A DNA stretch of 64,000 nt from Isurus oxyrinchus. Lineage: Eukaryota. The stretch's first letter is position 1; every line of letters starts with the position of its first letter. The stretch spans positions 1 through 64,000 of the forward strand of contig JANJGN010001343.1 in assembly GCA_026770705.1 (NCBI GenBank). The letters are read 5' to 3'. Below, one piece after another: positions 13,221-25,436 of the stretch. Under the pieces are notes generated by a model. The model was not told the origin of the DNA, did no database searches, and saw nothing but the letters and a program-made list of their open reading frames with translations. Made by a program: the position numbers and the translations under genes.

Positions 13221-13469
13221 TTGAAGCATCCTCACAGGCTGCAAGTGTCCCTCAGGTCAGAGTTGGTTCCACTGGAAAATCCTGAAGAGAAAGAAAGCGA
13301 ATTCTGTGCCGCTCTGAGCAAACTGAAGAAACAGTTGGCAGGGAAGACCCAACCATGTCCAATGTTCCAGGAGGAAGGCAAGAGATACAAGGAAGAGACT
13401 GAAGAGCTGAAGATTCAGCTGAATGAAACCAAAGAGGCAGTTACAGTATCACAACAAGTTTACAGTGCA

Positions 13470-13748
13470 GAAGGAGGCCATTCAGCCCGTCGAGCCTGTT
13501 ACACAGGAACAGAAGGGGGCCATTCAGCCCCCTCGAGACTGTTACACAGGAACAGGAGGAGGCCATTCAGTCCCCTCGAGCCTGTTACACAGGAACAGGA
13601 AGAGGCCCATTCAGCCCCCTCGAGACTGTTACACAGGAACAGGAGAAGGCCATTCAGCCCCCTCAAGACTGTTACACAGAAACAGGAGGAGGCCATTCTG
13701 CCACTTATGTCCGTTATACAGGAACAGGAGGAGGCCATTCAGCCCCTT
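13470..13748. repeat. 43-44 bp minisatellite (CATTCAGCCCCCTCGAGCCTGTTACACAGGAACAGGAGGAGGC)
   Basis: Tandem units; a larger array lies at 39440-40630. Confidence 0.9.
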
Positions 13749-14134
13749 GTAGGGTGTGGTGGTGTGTGTCAGCTTCACCTGCGACTTCTGAGCCGTCTGA
13801 ATCGCTCCCACTCCCTGGGTTCTAGACCTTGGACTTATTCGGGGCTTGTCACAAAGTGCAGCAGACAACTGGTTTTGGTGCAAGACAAAAACTGAGTTTA
13901 CTGAAGTCACAAATGAACTTCTAACATTAGGATGACACTGAGATTATACAGACTTACAAAGTACACTGAGTTAAGAATGGGGAACACACGGCATAACGAG
14001 GGAGAATCACGCTACTAATGCCCTTACCCTTGTCCCACCCCCAAACCCTAACTAAATTGCACTAGGAGAGGTCAGGGGTCACGCTCACCAACCCAGGGTT
14101 CCTTGACAGTTGGAAATTTTGAGAACCCTTCAAG

Positions 14135-14790
14135 AGATGGGGATGGTTACAGGGGCTGGAGGAGGTTACAGAGATGGGGAGGGTTACAGGGGCTGGAGGA
14201 GGTTACAGAGATAAGGAGGGTTGTAGGGGCTGGAGGAGGTTACAGAGATAAGGAGTGTTGTAGGGGCTGGAGGAGGTTACAGAGATAAGGAGGGTTGTAG
14301 GTGCTGGAAGCTGTTCCAGAGATAGGGAGGGTTGTAGGGGCTGGAGGAGGTTACAGGTATAGGGAGGGTTGTAGGGGCTGGAGGATGACACAGAGATAGG
14401 GCGAGTTGCAGGGGTTGGAGCAGGTTGTAGAGATAGGGAGGGTTGTAGGGACTGGAAGAGATTACAGAAATAGGGAGGGTTGTGGTGGTTGGAGGATGTT
14501 ACAGAGATGGGCAGGATTGTCAAGGCTGGTGGAGGCTTGGGAGATTATTAGGGTTACAGTGGCTAGAGGAGGTGACATGTATAGGGATGTTGTCGGGCTG
14601 GAGGTTGTTACAGGGATAGGGAGGATTGTATGGGCTTGTGGAGGAGGTTACAGATATAGGGAGGGTTGTGGGAGGTGGAGGAGGTTACAGAGATGGGGAG
14701 GATTGTAGGGGCTGGTGGAGGTTACAGAGATAGGGAGGGTTGTAGGGGCTGGAGGAAAGGGACAGAGAGAGGAGGTTACAGATATAGGGA
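14135..14790 (-). repeat. 37-bp minisatellite (L2 3'-end derived)
   Basis: Reverse complement of CTCTGTAACCTCCTCCAGCCCCTACAACCCTCCCTAT. Confidence 0.9.
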
Positions 14791-14934
14791 GGGAGACAGT
14801 CAGAGAGAGAGCGACAGGGAGAGAGAGAGCGATAGAGAGATTGAGAGACAGACAGAGACTGAGAGAGGGAGAAGAGAGAAGGAGAGTGAGAGAGAGAAAG
14901 AACAAGTGTGAAAGATGGTGGAAGGGAAGAGTGG

Positions 14935-15290
14935 GGAGGTGTTGGCCTGATGGTATTTTCACTGGACCAGTAATCCAGAGACCCAGCGTAATGGTCCTGG
15001 GACCCTGGTTAGAATCTCACCACAGCAGTTGGTGGAATTTCAATTCAATAAAAACCTGGAATTAAAAGTCCGATGATGACCCGGAAACCATTGCTGATTC
15101 TTGTATTTGGGTCACAAATGCCCATTAGGGAGGGAAATCTGCTGTCCTTACCTGGTCTGGCCAACATGTGACTCCAGACCCACAGCAATGTGGTTCACTT
15201 TTAAAAAGTGGCCTCTGAACAAGGGCAATTAGGGTTGGGCAATAAATGCTGGCCTAGGCAGTGATGTCCACATCACATGAAAGAATGAAA
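14935..15290 (+). mobile_element. tRNA-derived SINE
   Basis: Degenerate A/B-box-like head (tggtatt..cactggac..ggttagaatctcacc), body ctgtccttacctggtctggcc, tail gggcaataaatgctggcc. Confidence 0.6.
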
Positions 15291-15879
15291 TAAAAGGACA
15301 GAGATGGACAGACAGAGTCGAGAGACACCCAGAATGAAAAAAACACAGTAAACACTGGAAAATAAACATTCTGGTCTGATCTGGTCTTGTATACCTTCAA
15401 ATGGAACACCAGTAAAACAGGGAAATAAGAGTACTGGGCCAAACTGTTAGAGAGGGTCACATTTAGAGAGAGAGAGTGAGAGAGAAAGAGGGAGACACTG
15501 AAAGAGATAAGGACAAGGAAAGAAAGAGTGAGAGAGAGAGACAGACAGAGACACACAAAGAAGTAGAAAGAAAGTGATAGAGATGAAGCAGGAGAGAATG
15601 AGGAGAAAGATAGATAGATAGAGAGAGAGGATGGTAGAGAAAGAGAACGAGAGGAAAAGAGACAAAGGCAGAATGTGATGGAACACTGAATCCTTGTCTA
15701 TGCGTTTTGAAATCCAGCCCAGAACTATCATTGGAAGATTCAGCGAGTGTCCAGTACAGGGGACCCAGCCCAACCTTCTCATCCTGACCTTCCCAGTGGG
15801 GCTGAAGAGGGCAGAGAGGAAACCTTCCTCTGTTATTCTGTTGTCGAATAAACACAACAATTCTGGAACTCTGCCCTTT

Positions 15880-16470
15880 CTATCTCACGGATTAGAATAT
15901 AAGGGGGCAGAGGTCATGCTTCAGTCTACATAAAGCCCTGGCTAGACCACACCTGGAGTCACTGTGAGACATTCTGGGCCCCACACCTTAGGAAGGATAT
16001 ATTGACCTCGGAGGGAGAGCAGTGTCAGTTTACCAGAATGAGACCGGGACTCCAAGGGTTAAATCACAAGGAGAGATTAAACACAAACTCGGCTTGTATT
16101 CCCTGGAAGTTAGAATGTTAAGCAGGAGATTTGATGAAAGTTCGCATGATATTAAGGGGAACAGATCGGGGGCGATAAAGAGAAACCATTTCCCCTGGTT
16201 GGGGGGAGTCTGGGACTCGGGGTCAGAGCCTAAAAAGGAATTAAATTAGGAAGTACAAAGGGTGGGAGAAATTTGGAACTCTCTTCCCCAAACAGGAACT
16301 GATGCACGATCAAGTTGTTCATTTTAAACCTGTGAGACTGATAGATTTTTATTATCCAAAGGTATTAAAGGAGATGGGACAAAGGCATATGGAGCTAGTT
16401 TGCAGATCAGCCATGAACTCTTTGAATGGTGGAGCAGGCTCGAGGGGCCAAATGGCCTCCTCCTACCCTT
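15880..16470 (+). mobile_element. Degenerate CR1 LINE 3' fragment
   Basis: Remnants of YKGAEVMLQ, LGLYSLE and the gagggccaaatggcctcctcct tail. Confidence 0.75.
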
Positions 16471-17444
16471 ATGTAATAGAAACTTACCTGTCAGAAGCCA
16501 GTTTATGTTGATGTGAGTCTGAGTCGATGACTGAACCCAGTCGGTAACTTGTTCCATACAAAGCAAGAACGTTCATGCCCTTCAATGTTCCTGGATAAAC
16601 CATTAACAAAGCTGGTGACAGACAGTCTCCACATGGTAAACACTGACCGATCAACACATGACATGGCTGTTAACCCCTAAACCTCAGCGTAAATCAGTTC
16701 CCCCTCGAGGCCCATTGTCCGAAATAAAAGCAACGCACACAATTTGTAAAATAGTAAGTGTCTGGCAGGAAGGAGGAGCAATGAGAGGAGTAAGGGGTTA
16801 GGGGGCGTGCGCTTCACCTGATTTGCCGACATAAGAACCAGCCCCTATGTTTTTGCTATGTTGTGTTGCATCAGTATGAACACATATTTGCACAAGGTGA
16901 AGGGCGTTGCGGAGGGACTGATAGTTCTCGGCGCCAGACAGTCAATGTCCCAGTGACCTTACTGCTGGTCCCAGGCCAGTGGGACAGGGAACATCGACAC
17001 TGCAATATCCAGAAATGGGTGTGATACCACACAGCAACCCGCCCCCGGCTGTCCCCTTCAAGTGTTTCAGGTATAAGAGCAGGAAGCTCCTCTAGTTACA
17101 AACCAAAGCATCAAAGCAGAGCCAGAAGATCAGAAGAGGCAGGCAGAGATGGGAAGCTCCCAGATGAAATGGCGACTTGTCTTGTTCACTCTGACTTTGC
17201 TGCTCTCCCTGCAGCTGAGTCACTTCTTCTCCTTGTCGAGGTTAAGCTAAGAGATGTCCCTCTGGGTGAGGTGTTTCTTGCACATGACTCTACGTCTACC
17301 ACCCAGATAGACTGGTCTCTTCCGCAGTTTGATATTATTAAGTTCGTGCCTTTAATATTGTCCCCCTCTATGAATTTAACATCATTTCCTTCTGTCGTTT
17401 CCCCTGAAATTCTCATTCTTGTTTTCAATCCCTCCTCAGCGACT

Positions 17445-18800
17445 CCCTATCTCTGTAAACTCCTCCAGCCCCTACAACCCTCCCTATCTCTGTAACCTCC
17501 ACCAGGCCTTACAACCCTCCCTATCTCTGTAACCTCCTCCAGCCCCTACACCCCTCCCTATCTCTGTAACCTCCTCCAGCCCCTACAACCCTCCCTATCT
17601 CTGTAACCTCCTCCATCCCGTACAACCCTCCCTATCTCTGTAAACTCCTCCAGCCCCTACACCCCTCCCTATCTCTGTAACCTCCACCAGGCCTTACAAC
17701 CCTCCCTATCTCTGTAACCTCCTCCAGCCCCTACAACCCTCCCTATCTCTGTAACCTCCTCCAGCCCGTACAACCCTCCCTATCTCTGTAACCTCCTCCA
17801 GCCCCTACAACCCTCCCTATCTCTGTAACCTCCTCCAGCCCCTACAACCCTCCCTATCTCTGTAACATCCTCCAGCCCCTACAACAATCCCTATCTCTGT
17901 AACATCCTACAGTCTCTACAACCCTCCCTATCTCTGTAACCTCCTCCAGTCCCTATAACCCTCCCTATCTCTGTAACCTCCTCCAGACCCGACAACCCTC
18001 CCTATCTATGTAACCTCCTACAGTCCCCACAACACTCCCTATCTCTGTAACCTCCCCCAGGCCCCACAACACTCACGATCACTGTAACCTCCTCCAGACC
18101 CTACAACCCTCCCTATCTCTGTAACCTGCTCCAGACCCTACAACCCTCCCTATCTCTGTAACCTGCTCCAGACCCTACAACCCTCCCTATCTCTGTAACC
18201 TGCTCCAGACCCTACAACCCTCCCTATCTCTGTAAAATCCTCCAGGCCCCACAACCCTCACAATCACTGTAACCTCCTCCAGCCCCTACAATCCTCCTGA
18301 ACTCTCCACACTATAACTCTCCCTATCTCTGTAACCTACTGTGGCCCCTACAGCAGTGTCTATTTTGGTAACCTCCTCCAGCCTCTACAACCCTCCCTAC
18401 ATCTGTAACCTCCTCCAGCACCCACAACCACCCCATCTCTGTAACCTCCTACAGCCCCTACACACCTCCCTACCTCTGTAACCTCCTCCAGCCCCCACAA
18501 CTCCCCCATCTCTGTAACCTCCTACAGCCTCTACAACCCTCCCTATCTCTGTAACTTCCTACAGCCCTTACAACCCTCCCTATCTCTGTAACCTCCTACA
18601 GCCTCTACAGCCCTCCCTATTTCTGTAACCTCCTCCAGCCCCTACAACCCTCCCTATCTCTGTAACCTCCTACAGCCTCTACAACCCTCCCTATCTCTGT
18701 AACTTCCTACAGCCCTTACAACCCTCCCTTTCTCTGTAACCTCCTACAGCCTCTACAGCCCTCCCTATCTCTGTAACCTCCTCCAGCCCCCACAACCCTA
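17445..18800 (+). repeat. 37-bp minisatellite array (CTCTGTAACCTCCTCCAGCCCCTACAACCCTCCCTAT)n
   Basis: About 36 tandem units. Confidence 0.97.
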
Positions 18801-18864
18801 CCTAAATCACTGGTCTGAGTCTCACTCCAGGGAATTCAGTCCCATAATGTAGATCAACGCTCCG

Positions 18865-19420
18865 TGCTGAGGGAGTGCTGCACTCTCAGAGGGTCAGTAG
18901 TGTGGAAGAGTTGCACTATTGGAGGGACAGTACTGAGGGAGTGCTATACTGTCGGAGGTCAGTACTGAGGGAGTGCTGCTGTGTCGAAGGGTTAGTACTG
19001 AAATAGAGCTGCACTGACGGAGGGACAGTACTGAGGGAGCGCAGCACTATCGAAGGGTTAATACTAAGGGAGTGCTGCAGTGTCAAAGGGTTAGTACTGA
19101 GGGAGCGCAACAATGTTGAATGAGACATTAAACTGAGTCCCCCGTCTGCCCTCTCGGGCGGGTGTGAAAGATCCCACAGCCACTATTTGGAGGAAGAGCA
19201 GGGGGTGTTCTCCCCGGTGTCCTGGGACCAATATTTATCCCTCAACCAACATCACCAAAAACAGATGATCTAGGCCATGATCACATTGCTATTTGTGGGA
19301 TCTTGCTGTGCACAAATCAGCTGCCACATTTCCTACAGTGTGAGTGCACTTCAAAAACATCCTTCAGTGGCTGTGAAATGCTTTGGGATGTGGTGAAAGG
19401 CGTTAGAGAAATGCAAGTCT
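18865..19420 (+). mobile_element. Deu-domain SINE with its internal 33-bp segment expanded
   Basis: 33-bp units run straight into gagacattaaactgag..gatcccacagccactattt..atttatccctcaacc..tgtgaaatgctttgggatg. Confidence 0.8.
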
Positions 19421-19519
19421 GTCCTCCTCCCCCTCTCTCTCCTGTACCTCTCTCTCTCTCTCTCCCTCTCCCTCAATCCTCCTCTCACTTTCTCCCTGAT
19501 AAATTCTTTCTTTTTGCAG

Positions 19520-19576
19520 GTTGACACTGCTTTAGGTTCTTCGACGATTGAGAAATCTGTGGATTCCCCGGACACG
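19520..19576 (+). CDS. Candidate isolated phase-0/0 micro-exon (VDTALGSSTIEKSVDSPDT)
   Basis: Long polypyrimidine tract plus tgcag acceptor, 57-nt open frame, acg|gtaggt donor. No homology check possible. Confidence 0.35.
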
Positions 19577-21109
19577 GTAGGTGGAAATTCATTCCTTATT
19601 TTAAGGTTTCTCCCTGCTCGTTTCTTCCACAGAAAGTTTTCTGATTTCAAGCTGATTTCAGTGGCAGTCTGTCTCGGTTATACTCAGGAGGCATGTTTGA
19701 AATCGAGCCCCCCCCTCCCCCTTTTTTTGCAAAGCTGGGAAGAGGCAATTCCAAGGAAGTGAACATATCCCCACAGGAATTTTAAATGTAACCCACGCCG
19801 GGAATAGTGAGAGGGAGACTGATCCAGCCTGGGAGTGGGTTAAAGAGAGGCTGGGAGTCGAGAGTCGGAGAGAGGGATGGAATGGGGGAGGGAGGGATTG
19901 GAAGAGAGAGACAGAGAGTGGGACGGGGAGGGGTGAAAGGGAAAGAACATAGGTGGGAGAGAGTGACAGAGGGAGAAATTAAAGAAGAGATGCAGAGTGA
20001 GGGAAAGTGAAAAGGGAAGAGAGATTGTCCAAGAGAGAGAAATTAACAGGAAAGGGAGAGTTACAGAGTGAGCGAAAGGTACAAAAATAGTGTGAGAGAG
20101 AGGGAGAGATACAGAGTGGGAGAAGGAGACAGGGGAGAGAGAGGGAGAGAGACAGGAAAAGGGAGAGAGGAGAGAAAGATTGGGAGAGAGGGCAATTGAG
20201 AGGAAGAGTAGGAGAGAGAGACAGGGAGAGGAGGAGTGGATGAGAGGAAGAGAGAGAGAGATATGGAGCAGGAGAACACCTCCTCCGGTCCCGATGTTCC
20301 TCCAAAATCTCTGACATTACTGCATCTCCCGGGTCCCCCTGATTCCCATCGCTCCACCATTGGCGGCCGTGCCTTCAGCTGCCTGGGGCCCTGAGCTCCG
20401 GAATACCCTCCCTTAACCTCTCTGCCTCTCTCTCTCTCTCCTTTAAGACGCTCCTTAAAAACTGACATCTTTGACCAAGCTTTTGGTCACCTAACCCTAA
20501 TATCTCCATATGTGACTCAGTGTTAGACTTCTCTCTGATTTACGCTCCGGTAATGTGGGCTGGGACATTTTGCAATGTCAGAGGCGCTGTGTGAATGCAA
20601 GTTGTGAGTGTTATGTGGAAGGGAGATCCCAGGCGGCAGTCAGTGCCAGAGACTGGAGTCATTGTGTACAGACCATATCTAATCTCTCCGAATGCACAAT
20701 CGATTTGACTGTCAGCCAAAGCACTTTTGATATTTGATCCTTCTACCTGTTTATAACCAGGCCTACATCATACACCGAGAGGCTGGTTAATCAACAGACA
20801 CCTTAGAGGATCGAGTGAAAGACAAAGAGGACTTGCATTTCTCTAGCGCCTTCCAACACATCAGGACGTCCCAAAGTGTTTCACAGACAATCAAGTGCTT
20901 TTTTCTTTCATGTGAGGTCACTGATGTAATGTGGGAAAAGAATCAGCCATTGGCGCACAGTAAGATCCCACAGACAGCAGCATGATAATGAGCAGCGCGC
21001 TCCCAGTACTTGCACTGCAAGTGTCAGTTCAGGATGTCTGCTCAATTCTCTGCGACTCTCATCTCCGAGTTAAAAGGACCACCAGGCGTAATTGAGGAAT
21101 TACCGAGCT

Positions 21110-21830
21110 GTCGGAGGGTCAGTACTGAGGGAGTGCTGCACAGTCGGAGGGTCAGTACTGAGGGAGTGCTGCATTGTCAGAGGGTTAGTACTGAGGGAGT
21201 GCTGCACTGTCAGAGGGTCAGTACTGAGGGAGTGCTGCATTGTCAGAGGGTCAGTCTTGAGGGAGTGCTGCACAGTCGAAGGGTCAGTACCGGCGGGGGG
21301 ATGCACAGTCGGAGGGTCAGTGCTGAGGGAGTGCAGCCTTGTCAGAGGGTCAGTTTTGAGGGAGTGTTGCACAGTCGGAGGGTCAGTACTGAGGGAGTGT
21401 TGCATTGTCAGAGGGTCAGTCTTGAGGGAGTGCTGCACTGTTGGAGGGTCAGTACTGAGGGTGTGCTACACTGTCAGAGGGTCAGTACTGAGGGAGTGCT
21501 GCACAGTCGGAGGGTCAGTACTGAGAGGGTGCTGCATTGTCAGAGTCAGTACTGAGGGAGTGCTGCACAGTCGGAGGGTCAGTACTGAGGGGGTGCTGCA
21601 CTGTTGAAGGCGCTGTCTTTCAGATAAGACATTAAACTGGGGCAACCAATCTGCCCTCTCAGGTGGATGTAGAGGATTCCATGGCCACAATTTAGATGAA
21701 GTGCGTCAGGAGTTGGGGGGTATGTGTGGAGGGGGTGGTGGGGGCTGGATGGGGTGGAGTTATGTCCGCTTTCCTGGGGCAAACATTTATCCCTCAACTG
21801 ACATTGGTAAAAAACTGAAAATGGTCACCA
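21110..21830 (+). mobile_element. 33-bp array continuing into a Deu-SINE body
   Basis: The array ends in gctgtctttcagataagacattaaac..ccctctcaggtggatgta..atttatccctcaac. Confidence 0.75.
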
Positions 21831-24574
21831 TTACTGAGACTAGCTTCGCATTCCAGAAGTCACATCCAGTCGTGGACAATTAAACTGGAGGAGGAGGCTC
21901 CACAAATATCCCCATCCTCAATGATGGAGGAGTCCAGCACGCCAGTGCAAAAGACAAGACTGAAGCATGCGCAACAAAATGTATCAATCAATTAAATTTA
22001 TTGATTAATCAAATTGAAATTCCTCCAGCTGCCGTGGTGGGATTTGAACCCGTGCCTTCAAAGCATTCACCTGGGCCTCTGGATCACTGGCCTAGTGCCA
22101 TTCCCATTGTGCGACTGTCTGCTATCATCATGGCTCTTTCACATCGATGTGGAAGTCCTGATAACAGAAGCATTGGACGAGGTACAGAAAGGTGACAAAT
22201 CAGGAGCTCCATGGCTCAATATGAACGGATAATAAAGATAAATGAACATAAACCTTCCAGTCGCTAATTAGGGAGTCACTGTGGAGCCCATGAGTCCCTC
22301 ACAGCGCTATTGCAACCTTCTGGATCCCCAGTAGGGGACTCGGGATGCAGCTGTGTCTTCCTCATCATTTGGAAAAGCCGGAATTGTTCGGGTGTCCCTT
22401 CAAACAGGCCGAAGATGCAGTGGGTGATGTCTCCCACAGGCCCTGGGAGACCTCCCCTGCCAATTTGTTTTGTAGCTTATTCTTCAACTGCGACATTGGA
22501 TCAGCTTGAAAAAGGGTGAGGCTGAGGCAATACCACCAGGTAAGCGTCTATCCCCTCCCACTTCACCCCCCCACCCCCGTAACCATCACAGTCCCTCCCA
22601 TCGTGCTGGAGGAGCATAATGTGCACATTCCCCTCCTTCCAATCAGTCTCCTCCCTTCCTCTCTAATCCTTGATCTTATTGTGTTGGGGGTTGACATGCC
22701 AGTCCTCCTCCCTAGACTGTCTGATGTTGACATCCCAATGCCCCATGTAGACCTGACCTCTCTCCAACTAGAGGCCCATTGTACTGTGACTTACAGAGAC
22801 CACCGGCCCCCCTCGATTCCCACGCCCACCCCTACTCTCTATATTACCTGCTCCCCACTGACAGGCTGCAGATGCCTCCCCTGACTGGGATTGTGCCACC
22901 TGCGGCCTAGTATCAAGCCACCCACCCCCAGGATGGACGTGTGTGAGGGACTGACCACGTCCTGCACACCATGCTGGGCACCACCAACCCAGGACTGCCA
23001 GGCTGTCCCCACCACACTGGACTGGGCCTAGAATAGGCGTGCCAAGCACAGCTCTCTAAATCGTGGCGCAGACCCACAGCACTCGCAATGTTTTGTGGCC
23101 CGAATCCTTGCTGAGGAACTGCCCAGCACTAAAATCAAAAAAACTGCAAATGCTGGAAATCCAAAACAGAAACAGAAATACCTGGAAAAACTCAGCAGGT
23201 CTGGCAGCATCGGCGGAGAAGAACTGAGGTAGTGCGGCACTGTCGGAGATTCAGTACTGAGGGAGTGCTGCACTGTCGGAGGGTCTGAGCTGAGGGAGTG
23301 CTGCACTGTCGGAGGCTCTGAACTGAGGGAGTGCTGCACTGTCGGAGGGTTTGAACTGAGGGAGAGCTGCACTGTCGGAGGGTTTGAACTGAGGGAGTGC
23401 TGCACTGTCGGATGGTTTGAACTGAGAGAGTGCTGCACTGTCGGAGGTTCTGAACTGAGGGAGTGCTGCACTGTCTGAGGGTTTGAACTGAGGGAGTGCT
23501 GCACTGTCGGATGGTTTGAACTGAGGAAGTGCTGCACTGTCGGAGGGTTTGAACTGAGGGAGTGCTGCACTGTCGGAGGGTTTGAACTGAGGGAGTGCTG
23601 CACTGTCGGATGGTTTGAACTGAGAGAGTGCTGCACTGTCGGAGGTTCTGAACTGAGGGAGTGCTGCACTGTCTGAGGGTTTGAACTGAGGGAGTGCTGC
23701 ACAGTCGGAGGGTCTGAACTGAGGGAGTGCTGCACTGTCGGAGGGTTTGAACTGAGGGAGTGCTGCATTGTCGGAGGGTCTGATCTGAAGGAGTGCTGCA
23801 CTGTAGGAGGGTCTGAACTGAGGGAGTGCTGCGCTGTTGGAGGGTCAGTACTGAGGGAGTGCTGCGCTGTCTAAAGAACATTGTACAAATTGCACAAAAT
23901 TGCATCTGATGCCTGTGTCTCATGCTAACATGAAGTTCATGCACACAACAGGAATATTTCTCGCTGTTTCTCTGCAGCAAGACAGCTTTGATATCACACC
24001 AGCCACTGGCAAATGTGTGCAGCTACAATGTGACATGTTTACATTGGAAATTTCTATTATAAAGATGGACAGAGGAATTCATCTGATTGGAAAACGTGAC
24101 AACATGAAGTAATGTCTTTGAGCCAAGAATTTTGCAGCAAAATAAGAATTTTAATCTTTAAATATCTACAGAACAGGCTGAGCATTTTAATCACTTGAGT
24201 TAATCAATGTAATTTTATTCATAAGCCAAATGCTTCTTACAATCTATCGCAGCATGAAAAAGGTGCAGCATTCAGAAAGCACATTCCAATCAGAGAACAG
24301 AGTTTAGCAACGTCACATTTCTGTTCATTCCTATTCGACCATGTTGGCTGCACACAGCCAGACAATGCTGTGGTTATGATGTGTCCACACAGCAGGACTG
24401 GGGAGCACCAGGTATAAGGAAAGGTTTCAGCTTGCTGAGGAGAAGAAGGAGAATCTCTCGTTCCAGGTTTCTCTCCGTACATTAAGAAGCAGGCATGCCG
24501 ATGTTTCATTGCACTCTGTCTGCTGATGGGAGTCCGCTTGGAAATTGCTGTTTGTGCTGATGGAAAGAATAAGC

Positions 24575-25170
24575 TTTTCATAAATTGAGGGATTGAGTAC
24601 AAACACAGGGAGGTTATGCTGAACATTTATAAAGCTCTGGTTAGGTCACAACTAGAGTATTGTGTCCAGTTCTGGTCTCCTCACTTTGGGAAGGAAGTGA
24701 GGGTCCTTGAGAGGGTGGGGAGGAGATTGAGCAGAATGGGTCCAGGGATGAGGGATTTTAGCTACAAGGTTGGGTTGGAGAAGCTGGGGTTGTTCTCCTT
24801 GGAACAAAGGAGATTGAGGGGGGATCTGATCGAGGTGTACAAGATGATGATGGGTTTAGATACGGTAGACGAAGAGAAGCTGTAGCCATTAGCTGATGGT
24901 ACAAGGACTGGGGGACACAGATTGAAGGTTGTGGGCAGAGGGGGGATGTGAGGAGGAACTTCTTTACACAGCGAGTGGTAATGAGCTGGAACTCGCTGCC
25001 TACGAGGATGGTGGAAGCGGAGACGATGAACGATTTCAAAAGGAAATTGGTTGGACACTTGAGGGGAAATAAACTCACAGGGATACGGGGACAGAGCGGG
25101 GGAATGGGACTGACTGGATTGCTCTACAGAGAGACAGCATGGACTCAATGGGCTGAATGGGCTCCCACTG
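24575..25170 (+). mobile_element. CR1 LINE 3' fragment (inverted twin at 46010-46600)
   Basis: YKALVRSQLEYCVQFWSPHF..LGLFSLEQRRLRGDLIEVYKMM. Confidence 0.92.
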
Positions 25171-25296
25171 TGCTGGAATGCCTCTCTGATACGAAGGTGA
25201 TTCTAACCAGGACACTGACCAATTTCATTACAACTTAACCCAACATCACACGTTATTTGTCCGCACTGACTGACCAGATTGTTGCTGTACAAAGCT

Positions 25297-25436
25297 TCAA
25301 ACAGTCTGTCGACTTCCTTTCACTGTTTGTCTCTCCCAGACACAGACTCCAGCAATAGTGATAACCACAGCCACAAGGAATATCACAGCTCGTATTCCCA
25401 GGATCAGGATCACGTGCAGAATCTCTCCTCCACTGT
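25297..25436 (-). CDS. Siglec-like gene B: terminal TM exon with intramembrane Arg and short tail
   Basis: Acceptor ttctctag, phase 1. (Y)SGGEILHVILILGIRAVIFLVAVVITIAGVCVWERQTVKGSRQTV*. This frame is not in the ORF track. Confidence 0.85.

Noticed and set aside
16488-16590. Minus-strand exon-like segment (ccag|..ag|gtaagt, one open frame)
   Set aside because: No recognisable domain or partner exons, and gene B already terminates at 25297.
17186-17428. 80-aa minus-strand ORF and nearby tggcgcc PBS-like motif (~16930)
   Set aside because: No diagnostic motifs; probably an unclassified repeat remnant.
21010-23980. 33-bp arrays as CRISPR arrays or repeat proteins
   Set aside because: Head-to-tail units without unique spacers, eukaryotic context, SINE-derived.
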